Positions 7,902 to 16,188 of a DNA stretch of 52,601 nucleotides are shown here, in pieces. The DNA is from a virus. The translations under genes were made by a program, and so were the position numbers. Positions within the stretch are counted from its first letter, which is position 1, and the number at the start of each line of letters is the position of its first letter. Below the pieces are notes generated by a model. It was given only the letters and a program-made list of their open reading frames with translations. It ran no database searches and was not told the origin of the DNA. The stretch is from positions 1-52,601 of IMG/VR virus record IMGVR_UViG_3300037440_000461. One strand, given 5' to 3'.

Positions 7902-8117
7902 CTACCGGACGGGCCGGACGGCGATGCTGATCTCAGCGGCGCCCCCGGTGACATCCCCCGTTGCCTTCACCAGCGTCTGGGAGTCAACCAGCGCTAGCAC
8001 CTGGCTGAGGTAAGCGCGGGTCAGTGTCTCCAGCTCACCACCACTGACACCGGCGATATCGGACAGCTGTGCCTTGAGGTCGGCCGGCGTCCCAGCTGAC
8101 AGGATCTTGAAGCTCAT
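7902..8117 (-). CDS. Hypothetical protein (71 aa)
   Basis: ATG at 8117 follows AGGAGGA. The track start at 8120 is a GTG with no spacing to the RBS. Confidence 0.5.
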   Translation of the reverse strand: MSFKILSAGTPADLKAQLSDIAGVSGGELETLTRAYLSQVLALVDSQTLVKATGDVTGGAAEISIAVRPVR

Positions 8118-8125
8118 CACTCCTC

Positions 8126-8464
8126 CTAGCTGACGGTGATCGGTGCGGCGGTGAGGTCAAGATCCCCGGCCGCATTGAACGAGCTGTCGCCGGCCAGCGC
8201 GACCGCGAACCGGAACGTGCCGCCGGTCGGGCCGATGGTCGTCCAGACGCCCAGGTGGGACACGGCGGCCGAGCCGGTGCCGGTGAAGCTGAGCGTGCTG
8301 GTGAGGGCGGCCACGCTGCCGGCGGCGGTGGTGTAGGCCGGCGTCAGCCGCTGGTTGGACACCTGGTCGCCAGAGGTCGCCCCGTTATGGATCGAGAAGA
8401 ACGCGGCTTCCAGGTTGACGGCGGCCCCGTCGGCGGCCGCGTTACGCAGTGTCGGGTCGGACAT
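8126..8464 (-). CDS. Hypothetical protein (112 aa, beta-rich)
   Basis: ATG with a GAGGAGGAG RBS, in the head-module operon. Confidence 0.6.
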   Translation of the reverse strand: MSDPTLRNAAADGAAVNLEAAFFSIHNGATSGDQVSNQRLTPAYTTAAGSVAALTSTLSFTGTGSAAVSHLGVWTTIGPTGGTFRFAVALAGDSSFNAAGDLDLTAAPITVS

Positions 8465-8576
8465 CGGCTACTCCTCCTCGGGGTCCGGTTCAGGGATGGG
8501 CTGGCCGGTGGCCAACGACAGGTTGATCTCCGCGGTCACCTGGGGCACGCGCTCGGGCTCCGGGGGTACCGGCTCA

Positions 8577-8822
8577 TCAGCCACCGTGGACACCCCCGCC
8601 AGCGGTCACCGACTTGTGAGCCGCCGGTGCGGTCCGGCCACGCGGCGGGGCACGGCGCGCCTTCTCCGGCTCCGGCTCCTCCGCCTCGACCGCCGCACGC
8701 CGGGTGACACCGGCCGCGGCCAACACCTTCTCCGCCGCGCGCACCCGATCCTCCTGGCCATACGCCTTCGCGTTGGCCAGCTCGTTACGGGCCTGCACGA
8801 CATGCGTCGGTTCCTTGCTCAT
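8577..8822 (-). CDS. Hypothetical protein (81 aa, charged helical)
   Basis: ATG with an AGGAG RBS. Confidence 0.5.
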   Translation of the reverse strand: MSKEPTHVVQARNELANAKAYGQEDRVRAAEKVLAAAGVTRRAAVEAEEPEPEKARRAPPRGRTAPAAHKSVTAGGGVHGG

Positions 8823-8830
8823 CGCGACTC

Positions 8831-9157
8831 CTAGCTGAACGTGAACGCGGTGGTCTTCTTGACGACGCCGCCCGGGGTGACGATCGTGACCGTCACCGCC
8901 CCAGCGCTGTGGGCTGGGGTTGCCACCACGACCGAGGTGTCACTCGTGACGCTCAGCCCGGTGCCCGCGACGTCGTCGAACAACACCGCCACGACACCCG
9001 ACAGGTTGGTGCCGGTCACGGTCACCGCGGTGCCGCCGGCCGCGGCGCCGCTGGTCGGCGACAGAGCCGGCGAGGCCGTTGGCGTCGGATACGCCGGCGA
9101 GGTCGTGGTTGCCGCCCTGACGACCTTGCCCAGGGTGATAGCACGCTGATCTGGCAT
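8831..9157 (-). CDS. IPT/TIG (Ig-like) domain protein, possible capsid decoration
   Basis: SPTSGAAAGGTAVTVTGTNLSGVVAVLFDDVAGTGLSVTSDTSVVVATPAHSAGAVTVTIVTPGG matches the IPT/TIG pattern. GGAGGG RBS. The gene lies just downstream of the capsid gene. Confidence 0.65.
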   Translation of the reverse strand: MPDQRAITLGKVVRAATTTSPAYPTPTASPALSPTSGAAAGGTAVTVTGTNLSGVVAVLFDDVAGTGLSVTSDTSVVVATPAHSAGAVTVTIVTPGGVVKKTTAFTFS

Positions 9158-9159
9158 GG

Positions 9160-9822
9160 TTAACCCTCCAGGTACTGCAGTATTCGCTTGAACATAATCG
9201 GATCGTCGCCGAACCGACCTAGCAGCAAGTTATGGTCCGGACACAGCAGCCCGCGCACCCGCCCCGTGTCGTGGCAGTGGTCCACGTGCAAGTGGGTTCG
9301 ATATTTGCCGGCCTTGAGATCCTCGGGCCGGACGCCGCACAAAGCGCACCCGCCGCCCTGTTCGGCCAAGATCCTGTCGTAGTCAGCTGACCCGATGCCG
9401 TAGTTCCGGCGAAGATGCCGCTCTCGGTCCTGGCCAGTCTCTCTGCGCTCAGCTTCTTTGCATGCCGGCGAACAGTACATGCTGACCCGGCGCGTCCTCG
9501 GCCGGTAAGACGTTCCGCACCAGGTGCAATCGCGAGGTTCGTCGTTGGCGCCGTTCTTGGGCTTGTATCGAGCGCGGTGATCATCGCGATAGCACGCCTT
9601 GCACCAGTTGCTGGTGGCCGTCGCGTAGAACTCGTTGACGAGCTTGAACGCTTTGCATCGGGTGCATAGCTTGTGCCCGTCGGGCACGGTCGGCCGAGGT
9701 TTCTTGGTGTACCGGCCACGCATGCAAGCGCGGCACCAAGTCCCCGGCCGACCGCGGTACGACAGGGCGAACTCCGACAGCTCCTTCTGTTCGCGGCAGT
9801 GGCCACAACCCTGAGTCTCCAT
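9160..9822 (-). CDS. Endonuclease VII-family (HNH-like) free-standing homing endonuclease
   Basis: CALCGVRPEDL...HLHVDHCHDTGRVRGLLCPDHNLLLG matches the Endonuclease_7 signature. The N-terminal half has several CxxC pairs. The gene has clearly lower GC than its neighbours and no SD. The track start at 9870 overlaps the capsid gene, so I prefer ATG 9822. Confidence 0.8.
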   Translation of the reverse strand: METQGCGHCREQKELSEFALSYRGRPGTWCRACMRGRYTKKPRPTVPDGHKLCTRCKAFKLVNEFYATATSNWCKACYRDDHRARYKPKNGANDEPRDCTWCGTSYRPRTRRVSMYCSPACKEAERRETGQDRERHLRRNYGIGSADYDRILAEQGGGCALCGVRPEDLKAGKYRTHLHVDHCHDTGRVRGLLCPDHNLLLGRFGDDPIMFKRILQYLEG

Positions 9823-9853
9823 GCAGGAACTATAGCAAGGAGAACTCAGAACC

Positions 9854-11284
9854 TTAGAACACAGGTGCAATCAAGCCAGCGCCCGTGATCTCCTGGTGGC
9901 TATTTGCGTACCTCCGAAGGGTGTAAGCGAAATAGCCGTAGAGGACCAGCTGCACGCCGAGGTTGGCCGACTTGGCCTGCTCTGCGCGGATGAACTGCGG
10001 CGCACCCGGGTCCTCCCAGAGGAACGACTCCTCGGTGGGTGCGATCACAACGCTGTCCTCGGTGCCACCGCCCAGGTTGGTCGGCAAGTTGTTGTCGACG
10101 ATGACCACCATGCCGTTGGGCAGCAACCCGCGGAAGCCCGACCCGTACCGCTCGGCGAAGTTGACACCGGCGCTCTGGGGCGGGATTCCCTGGTTGGCGA
10201 TCATCGGCCAGGTGCTGGTCATCTCCTTGGACAGCCAGTACCACCGACGCGAGTGCATGACCGCGATATCCGGCTGAGCCTGCCCGAGCAGCGCCGCCTC
10301 AGACCCGGCGGCCCCGGCCAGCAGCTTCGGGTATAGCCCGGCACCGGTCACCGGCGTGGTGAACGCGATGTCCGTGGCCACGGCCAGCAGCCCGGTGGTC
10401 GCCTGGTTGACGATCGTCGAGTCCAGCGTGGTGGCCCACCGGCGCTGAAGGTCCATCATCACGACGTCCTCGATGCCGGTACCCCGGTCGATCGCCTGCC
10501 TGGACAGCGTCTGCTGGCCGGCCGCGGTCTGCACGTTCTCGGTCAGCAGCGTGTCATCCATGCTGGTTGCCGACGCCGCGTCCAACTCGTTGGCCTGAAG
10601 CGCCACCGAGCTGGCCGTGGTGATCCGCGAGATGTTCACCGTCATGCCGTTGGCCGGCAGCGGCAGCTTCGTCATCGCGTCCGCGAACGGGCGCCGTGCG
10701 GCCACCGCCGGGGCGAACATTTCGGTGAGGTATTGCGGCACAGTCAGGCCGGCGAACGCGCCCGTGCCGGCGTCGCCGGCCGCGCGCTCCAGGTAAACCC
10801 CCCGCTCGACCCGCTCCTCAGCCATGTGCCGGGACAGCCGCATCTCGGCGTCCAGGTCCCGGTACAGGAACGAGCGCACCAGGTCACGGACGAACGGCCC
10901 ACCGCCGCGGGTGTTGCCCTTGTGGTAGGTCCGCTCTTCCGAGCCCACCCGGGCGACCCGATCGTATGCCGGCCTGGCGCCGGCGGTGGTCTTCGGATCG
11001 GCGCTTCGCTCCTCCAACGCCCGATCGGCCGCGTCCTCGGCAGCCTTGGCCTCCTTGAGCTGCACCAGCTTGCGCGCAGCGCCCTTCACGTCATCCTCGG
11101 CGCGGGTGTGCGACTCCATCGCCGCGGCGACCTCGGCGTCCTCGTCCTCAGTGAGCCGAGCCCGCGCCTCCTGGCGCGACTTGTCGTGGATGTACTTGAC
11201 GGTCGCGAGTGCCTTCTCGCGACGCTTGATCGCCTGATCCTGCTCCACCTGGGCAGACAGGATCAGCTCATCGAATGTTGCCAT
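9854..11284 (-). CDS. Major capsid protein, HK97 family, with N-terminal coiled-coil (delta/scaffold-like) domain
   Basis: The N-terminal 120 aa are charged coiled coil. The rest (...LTVPQYLTEMF...TLSRQAIDRGTGIEDVVMMDLQRRWATTLDSTIVN...) resembles HK97-type capsid proteins. The gene follows the protease. Confidence 0.85.
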   Translation of the reverse strand: MATFDELILSAQVEQDQAIKRREKALATVKYIHDKSRQEARARLTEDEDAEVAAAMESHTRAEDDVKGAARKLVQLKEAKAAEDAADRALEERSADPKTTAGARPAYDRVARVGSEERTYHKGNTRGGGPFVRDLVRSFLYRDLDAEMRLSRHMAEERVERGVYLERAAGDAGTGAFAGLTVPQYLTEMFAPAVAARRPFADAMTKLPLPANGMTVNISRITTASSVALQANELDAASATSMDDTLLTENVQTAAGQQTLSRQAIDRGTGIEDVVMMDLQRRWATTLDSTIVNQATTGLLAVATDIAFTTPVTGAGLYPKLLAGAAGSEAALLGQAQPDIAVMHSRRWYWLSKEMTSTWPMIANQGIPPQSAGVNFAERYGSGFRGLLPNGMVVIVDNNLPTNLGGGTEDSVVIAPTEESFLWEDPGAPQFIRAEQAKSANLGVQLVLYGYFAYTLRRYANSHQEITGAGLIAPVF

Positions 11285-11397
11285 TGCAGTAGACGCCTCT
11301 CGGCTCGTAGGGAAGAGAGTCCCCACGCGCGACACCGATCCGAATCTTCGGTGCGTCGAGCGGCCCTGCTACGTCATCTGCGCGACAGGATGGAGGA

Positions 11398-12288
11398 TCA
11401 GCGGACCGCGGTGGCGGCGAGCCACGCGTCGAGCGCGGTCACCGACCGTCCGGTCAGCCTGTCGGGGGCTGGTGCCGCGTCCGCCGGAATCGTGGCGGGC
11501 GGTTCGGCTGATCTCGCCGGCACCATGCCCAGGTCGGTCCTGGTACTCAACCGGTCGAACGCGGCGCGTGCCATGCCGGCCGGAAGCTTGTCCAGCTCAT
11601 CGAGCATCTCACGCCCGCGAGCTGCGATCGAAGTGTACGGGTTGGCGCCGTAGTTCACTGCGGATGCGTCACCACGGTTGATGTCGTAGACGTCGATACG
11701 GTACTCGGTGTAGTCCGGGGACCATCGCCCGGCGGTGATCATGAACGCGAACGACTGCTCGGTGATCGTGCCGTCCTCGATGCCGAGCACCAGATCCCTG
11801 ACGTCCTGACGTTGCGGGTTCAACCATGCCCGGTCACCCATGCCGGTGTCGTCTGACCACAGGTCCAACGTGTTGGCAACGGTGCGAGCCATCGCCAGCC
11901 CGCGGTGATTCACAAGAAACACCACGTCGGGGTCAGCCCCCAAAGTCTGCTCGGCGGCGCCATTCGACACGATCTCGGTATATGGGCCAAACATGTCCCA
12001 CATTTCGTAGCCACGCTCGTAGACGGTGGCATAGCCCTCAACCACGTAGAACTGCTTGCCGTCACGCTCCCGCTTCTCAGCTCGCAGCCGTGGCGGAGTG
12101 GTGGTCACCACGCCGGTACGCGCATCCCGCGAGCGGACCTGCCACTGGGTGCACACCGCCCGGGCCTGACCGCCCGGCGGCTCATCTGCGGCGAGCCTGG
12201 CCGACCGCTCCTGGCCCGCGCGCTGCCGCGCTTCGGCGGCCTGCGACTCGTTCATGCCGTGACCTTCGATCTCCTCGACTGGCGTCAT
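11398..12288 (-). CDS. Prohead maturation protease (HK97 / S78 family) with C-terminal extension
   Basis: VVEGYATVYERGYEMWDMFGPYTEIVSNGAAEQTL...VVFLVNHRGLAMART matches the S78 protease pattern. ATG 12288 is ATGA-coupled to the portal stop. Confidence 0.8.
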   Translation of the reverse strand: MTPVEEIEGHGMNESQAAEARQRAGQERSARLAADEPPGGQARAVCTQWQVRSRDARTGVVTTTPPRLRAEKRERDGKQFYVVEGYATVYERGYEMWDMFGPYTEIVSNGAAEQTLGADPDVVFLVNHRGLAMARTVANTLDLWSDDTGMGDRAWLNPQRQDVRDLVLGIEDGTITEQSFAFMITAGRWSPDYTEYRIDVYDINRGDASAVNYGANPYTSIAARGREMLDELDKLPAGMARAAFDRLSTRTDLGMVPARSAEPPATIPADAAPAPDRLTGRSVTALDAWLAATAVR

Positions 12289-13568
12289 TGGTTGACCTCC
12301 CCGAAGGTCGGCGACCGCGGGTAGGGCACCGCCGACAATGGCGAGACCTGCTCCCAGTGCCACGGCGCCCCCGTCCGCTCCTGCCCCTGCTCCTGGGCCT
12401 GCCGCGGTACGCCGAACAGCCGCGCGAACTCGGCTTCCTGCTCGGTTGTCAGCGGTGGCCGGTTATCCAGCTCCCGCGCCTCGGTGACCGTGAGCCGGCG
12501 GGCGGCGATCGCCGCGTCCATCATCTTGCCGCGGGTCTCCGGGTCCATCCGCAGCAACGCATCCGTGTTGAGCTTGACGAACCGGGGGCGGGGAAGCAGC
12601 TTGTTCAAGTTCTTCTCGCGCCTGGCGATCGCCGGGCCAAGGTGCATGATCAGGAACTGTAGGTTGCGGTTCGTCAGGTTCTGATAGGTGATCGTGCCGC
12701 CAGCGCTGACCGCCGCCTCGATCAAATCTGCCGGGCAGCCAAAGAAACGGGAGATGTCAGCCAGCCCGAACTTCCGGCCCTCCAGCCACTCCGTGCCCGC
12801 CTGCTCAGCCTGGATCATGTCGTATTCCCAGTCGCGGCCGTGGACCAACAGCCCGCCGTGGTCGATAGTCTCCTGGAAGCGGGCCTTGATCGCGGTCGCT
12901 TCCTTCGGCGGGATGATCTTCGCGATGTTCTTCATCCGCGCCTTGGGGATCCCACCGCCGGAGAACCAGTCGAGCGCGAACTGCTGCGCGCTCAAGTACT
13001 CGCCGATGCTCCATGCTGCGTACGCCACCGGGCTCAGCCCGAACGGCAGGCCGGCGACCACGTACTGCCGCTCATGCCACACCTGCTCAGGCTCGTACTC
13101 CACCCCACGGATGCGATAGCGCAGCCGGCCGGTCTCCTTGCGCTCGATCACCGTCACATCAGCCAGCGACTGAAGGTCAATTCGCGCCGGAAGCCCGAGC
13201 GCGTTACGTTCGGTGATCAGGCCGAAGTCGTTACCGGCCCGGTCCATGTCGAACTGGCTGGCGTACATCCAATCGCAGTAATCCCAGCGTTCCCCGCCCG
13301 GTTCCACCAACACCGGCGGCTTCGGCATCTCCACCTGCTGCTTACCCACCTGGCGGAACACGTCAATCGGGAAGGTGCTGACCAGGTCGGCGCGGATGCG
13401 TAGGCACGCCCACACCGCGCTGTGCCGCAGCGCCGAGTCGGAGGTCACCGACACCACGCCACGGCGGCCGCCGCCCGAGCGCGGCGGAATGTCCCCGTCG
13501 AACAGCGGCGGCCCGTCGATCTGCGAAACGCCGTTGCGACGGTGACGGCCGCGGGTGAACAGGCTCAC
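12285..13568 (-). CDS. Portal protein (HK97 family)
   Basis: From GTG 13568 the protein reads VSLFTRGR...SALRHSAVWACLRIRADLVSTFPIDVF...AQQFALDWFSGGGIPKARMKN.... It lies between the terminase and protease genes. The 160-codon upstream extension in the track is R/C/W-rich and overlaps better genes. Confidence 0.85.
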   Translation of the reverse strand: MSLFTRGRHRRNGVSQIDGPPLFDGDIPPRSGGGRRGVVSVTSDSALRHSAVWACLRIRADLVSTFPIDVFRQVGKQQVEMPKPPVLVEPGGERWDYCDWMYASQFDMDRAGNDFGLITERNALGLPARIDLQSLADVTVIERKETGRLRYRIRGVEYEPEQVWHERQYVVAGLPFGLSPVAYAAWSIGEYLSAQQFALDWFSGGGIPKARMKNIAKIIPPKEATAIKARFQETIDHGGLLVHGRDWEYDMIQAEQAGTEWLEGRKFGLADISRFFGCPADLIEAAVSAGGTITYQNLTNRNLQFLIMHLGPAIARREKNLNKLLPRPRFVKLNTDALLRMDPETRGKMMDAAIAARRLTVTEARELDNRPPLTTEQEAEFARLFGVPRQAQEQGQERTGAPWHWEQVSPLSAVPYPRSPTFGEVNQ

Positions 13569-13723
13569 CCGAGCCTCGCCGCCAACTGCGAGCCGCCGAC
13601 CAGGATGCCGCCGGAGATCGCCAGACCCCACCAGCCCACCCAGGTGGCCGCGCCGGCGCCAACCCCGGCCGCGACCGCCAGCAGACCGAACGCATCCAGC
13701 GCGTCCGTGATGATCTCCTTCAC
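13565..13723 (-). CDS. Small hydrophobic peptide (52 aa)
   Basis: VKEIITDALDAFGLLAVAAGVGAGAATWVGWWGLAISGGILVGGSQLAARLG. It is GTGA-coupled at both ends, to the zincin stop and the portal start. It is below the ORF-track size cutoff. Confidence 0.45.
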   Translation of the reverse strand: MKEIITDALDAFGLLAVAAGVGAGAATWVGWWGLAISGGILVGGSQLAARLG

Positions 13724-14223
13724 CGCACACCCGCCTCCGACAAGTCATCGAACAGCGCCACGGTGGACCGATCCGAGGCGTAAAGCTGGCCCTTCCGCGC
13801 GCCGTACCCGTAGCCCGGCGGCAAGGCCCAGGCTGTGAACGCCTCGGCGAAGGCCTCGAGGGGGTCGGTCGCGGCATAGTCGCCAACCGGCTCAGCCCGG
13901 TGCGCGAACCCGAGCGACGCATCCAGCACATGACCCAGCTCGTGCACCAACACCGGCAACTCCAGCACGGCCGGGCGCCCCGGCAGGACAACGGTGGTGC
14001 GGCGGTTCGTCCGGGCAGTCCCGGTCTGGTGGAACTCATAGGCGACATGCGCGGTACTGCGGTACGAGCGGCCGAACGACGCGTCCTCGTAGCGGTGCAA
14101 CCCCACGAACACCGGGTCCACCCCGCACAGGAAGTGCGGCCGGATCAGCCGGTGCATCCCCGCGGGGATCAGCGAATACGCCGCCTCGATCGCAGCCCGG
14201 TACCGGTGGTCAACGCGCTCCAT
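13720..14223 (-). CDS. Zincin-type metallopeptidase-like protein (HExxH...E)
   Basis: VHELGHVLD is followed 25 residues later by PLEAFAEAF, a gluzincin / MtfA-like flavour. The start is uncertain. The track start at 14301 adds 26 codons with only about 59 percent third-position GC, so I prefer ATG 14223. Confidence 0.6.
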   Translation of the reverse strand: MERVDHRYRAAIEAAYSLIPAGMHRLIRPHFLCGVDPVFVGLHRYEDASFGRSYRSTAHVAYEFHQTGTARTNRRTTVVLPGRPAVLELPVLVHELGHVLDASLGFAHRAEPVGDYAATDPLEAFAEAFTAWALPPGYGYGARKGQLYASDRSTVALFDDLSEAGVR

Positions 14224-14288
14224 CAGTAGAACACTCCGCAGCACATCACCGGGCTTCCCTTCCGCTGGCATGGCGGGGCACGGTGAGG

Positions 14289-14294
14289 TATGAT
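14289..14294 (+). promoter_or_regulatory. Putative -10 box TATGAT of a leaderless transcript
   Basis: TATGAT is followed by 5 nt and then the ATG at 14300. It lies in a 76-bp lower-GC gap. Confidence 0.4.
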
Positions 14295-14299
14295 TAGGC

Positions 14300-14584
14300 A
14301 TGGAACGAAACGAGATCAGCAGACATGAGATCCTGGTCTACCAGGCACTCGCTCGGGGCCGATGGATCACCACCCGGGAGGTCGCTCAATCTACGGGAGT
14401 TGCACCTCGGACCGCTCGGGCGCACGCGCTGAAACTGGTCAAGCTAGGCATTGCAGACCAGGTCGAGGTATTCCCTGGTCACCGCTATCGGATCAGCGGA
14501 CACGCCGCCCAACGAAACCGGGGATACCATGACCGGATTCAACGGGCACGCGAGGCGCTCTACATGACAGATGACGATCAATAG
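14300..14584 (+). CDS. Winged-helix DNA-binding protein (MarR/ArsR-like), opposite-strand moron
   Basis: RHEILVYQALARGRWITTREVAQSTGVAPRTARAHALKLVKLGIADQVEVFPGHRYRI has a wHTH layout. Codon usage is atypical for this genome, with many A/T-ending codons. The 3' end overlaps the terL stop by 7 nt. Confidence 0.6.
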   Translation: MERNEISRHEILVYQALARGRWITTREVAQSTGVAPRTARAHALKLVKLGIADQVEVFPGHRYRISGHAAQRNRGYHDRIQRAREALYMTDDDQ

Positions 14585-16188
14585 ATACTCATCAGCACGT
14601 CATAATCCGCGTCGATCACCAGATGCGCCCGGGTCTCATACGCCCACCGCCCCACCGTCACCGCCACCACCGGCGCGGTATCAGACTTCGAGTCCCGCGG
14701 CGCCCACGCGATCGTGTCCCCCGACATCCGGGTACGGGCGCCGGTCACCGACGCGTCCAGATCGTCGGACGGCACCACCCGCAGCGTCCCCTGACGCACC
14801 GCGTCGATCAGCTGACCACACGCCGCGGCCATGCTCGTGGCCGTGGTCACCGCCAGGTCCCCACGGTGCGGCTCGTTCGGATGCAGCGGATCCGCGCACT
14901 TCGACACCTCGCACAGCTCCGGCACCTCGATGCCGACCTCGGCCAGATCCTCCTTCAGAGACTGGTAGGTGCCGCGGCCCATCCCGATCGCCACCGGGTC
15001 CAGCTCATCCTTCAGCTCCACCAGCCGACCCACCAGCCACTCGGTACCCGGTCGGTAGTCGATCAGTTGCCCGTGGCCCAGCTCGTCCTCGCGCAGCCCG
15101 TACACCGCCACCGCCGCGTAGTCCCGCAGCGGGGAGATGTCCGCGCCCAGCGCCACATCCCCGGCGCGCTTGGACGCCGGGTCGTGCAGTTTCGCCCACT
15201 GCCCGGCGGTGATGATCCCCTCGGTCAGATCCGGCACCCGCTGGCAGAGCACCTCGGTCCGGAACACCGCCTCCGGGTCCGTCGCCAGCGCCGACTCGAT
15301 CGCCTGGACGGTGATGGTGTAGCCGAGCGCCGGGTTCGCCTGCGCCCACGCGGCACGATCCCGCAGCCGGCAGTGAGCAGCATGCGGGGCATCGGGAGAG
15401 CGTCGGGCGCAGGTGCACTTGACGTCGTCGGGTGCCGACCACTCGAACAGGCCGAGCTGTGGGTCCGCGCCGGCCGCGCCGGCGGCCGCCGCATGGCCTT
15501 TCGCCTGCAGATCGTTGAGCACGATGGACCGGTCATCGCCGGCGTTGCTGAACCCGAAGATCTGAGCATTGCGCCGAGCCATCGTCGTCTTGGTGATCGC
15601 GCCCCACGCCAGCCAGTCAAGGTGCTCGCGCAGCTCATCCAGGTTCACGTCATCGCCGGCCTTACCGCGGCCACCGCGGCGCGACGTCGAGACGATCTTC
15701 CATCGGGAGCCGTTGGTCAGCTTGAGCGCCTTCTTGCCGTTCGTCTTGTCCACGTGCGCCTTCTCGGCGTCCAGCTCCGGCTTCGACTCGACCATCTCCA
15801 CCGCGGCGTCCCAAGCCTCCTCCGCGGTGTCCAGGTCCTGGGCCGTGCCGATCACCAGCCGCACGCCCAGCACGAACATCTTCCACAGATTCTTGACCTG
15901 CAGGACCATGGTCTTCCCGTTCTGACGGGCCACTAGCACCACGATCACCCGGAAACGGAACGACCCGTCGGGCAGCAGCTCCAACGCATGGATCAGCAGC
16001 CAGCGCTGCCACGGCAGCGGCTCAATCCCCAGCACGTCGCGGGAGAAGTCCACCGCCGAGAAGCCCTTGCTGGTCTGCGGCGACAGTGCGCAACCGCACC
16101 CGCACAGACCTGGCGGCCCGACCACCAGCGGGCGGGTCCAGAGCCTAGGTGTGATCTTCCCCCTCAGCGGCGGCGCGAAGCTCGGCAA
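14578..16188 (-). CDS. terL: Terminase large subunit
   Basis: LPWQRWLLIHALELLPDGSFRFRVIVVLVARQNGKT (Walker A) plus a C-terminal nuclease-like half. The start is uncertain: TTG 16188 or GTG 16125. Confidence 0.9.
   Translation of the reverse strand: MPSFAPPLRGKITPRLWTRPLVVGPPGLCGCGCALSPQTSKGFSAVDFSRDVLGIEPLPWQRWLLIHALELLPDGSFRFRVIVVLVARQNGKTMVLQVKNLWKMFVLGVRLVIGTAQDLDTAEEAWDAAVEMVESKPELDAEKAHVDKTNGKKALKLTNGSRWKIVSTSRRGGRGKAGDDVNLDELREHLDWLAWGAITKTTMARRNAQIFGFSNAGDDRSIVLNDLQAKGHAAAAGAAGADPQLGLFEWSAPDDVKCTCARRSPDAPHAAHCRLRDRAAWAQANPALGYTITVQAIESALATDPEAVFRTEVLCQRVPDLTEGIITAGQWAKLHDPASKRAGDVALGADISPLRDYAAVAVYGLREDELGHGQLIDYRPGTEWLVGRLVELKDELDPVAIGMGRGTYQSLKEDLAEVGIEVPELCEVSKCADPLHPNEPHRGDLAVTTATSMAAACGQLIDAVRQGTLRVVPSDDLDASVTGARTRMSGDTIAWAPRDSKSDTAPVVAVTVGRWAYETRAHLVIDADYDVLMSIY

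Noticed and set aside
8468-8593. 41-codon acidic ORF (VSTVADEPVPPEPERVPQV...PEEE) filling the 8465-8576 gap, or a frameshift extension of 8577..8822.
   Set aside because: It has no SD, and there is only composition-level support and no slippery motif. I left it unannotated as too weak.
9280-9310. A GGTTCGAT-like string, and a general search for tRNA T-arm motifs (GGTTCGAxTCC) across the window.
   Set aside because: The only near match lies inside the Endo VII coding frame and has no acceptor or anticodon stems. No tRNA-like cloverleaf was evident anywhere by eye, though a tRNAscan-type run would be needed for certainty.
13569-14048. 160-codon N-terminal extension of the portal ORF (track ORF 12285..14048). 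Similar upstream extensions occur in many minus-strand ORFs, for example 3545..4240, 19657..20874, 27936..28568, 30008..30859, 43412..43948 and 44109..44591.
   Set aside because: The extensions are R/C/W/G/P-rich and overlap better-supported genes. They are made unnecessary by internal ATG/GTG starts that sit in 1-4-nt start-stop overlaps or behind clear SD sequences.
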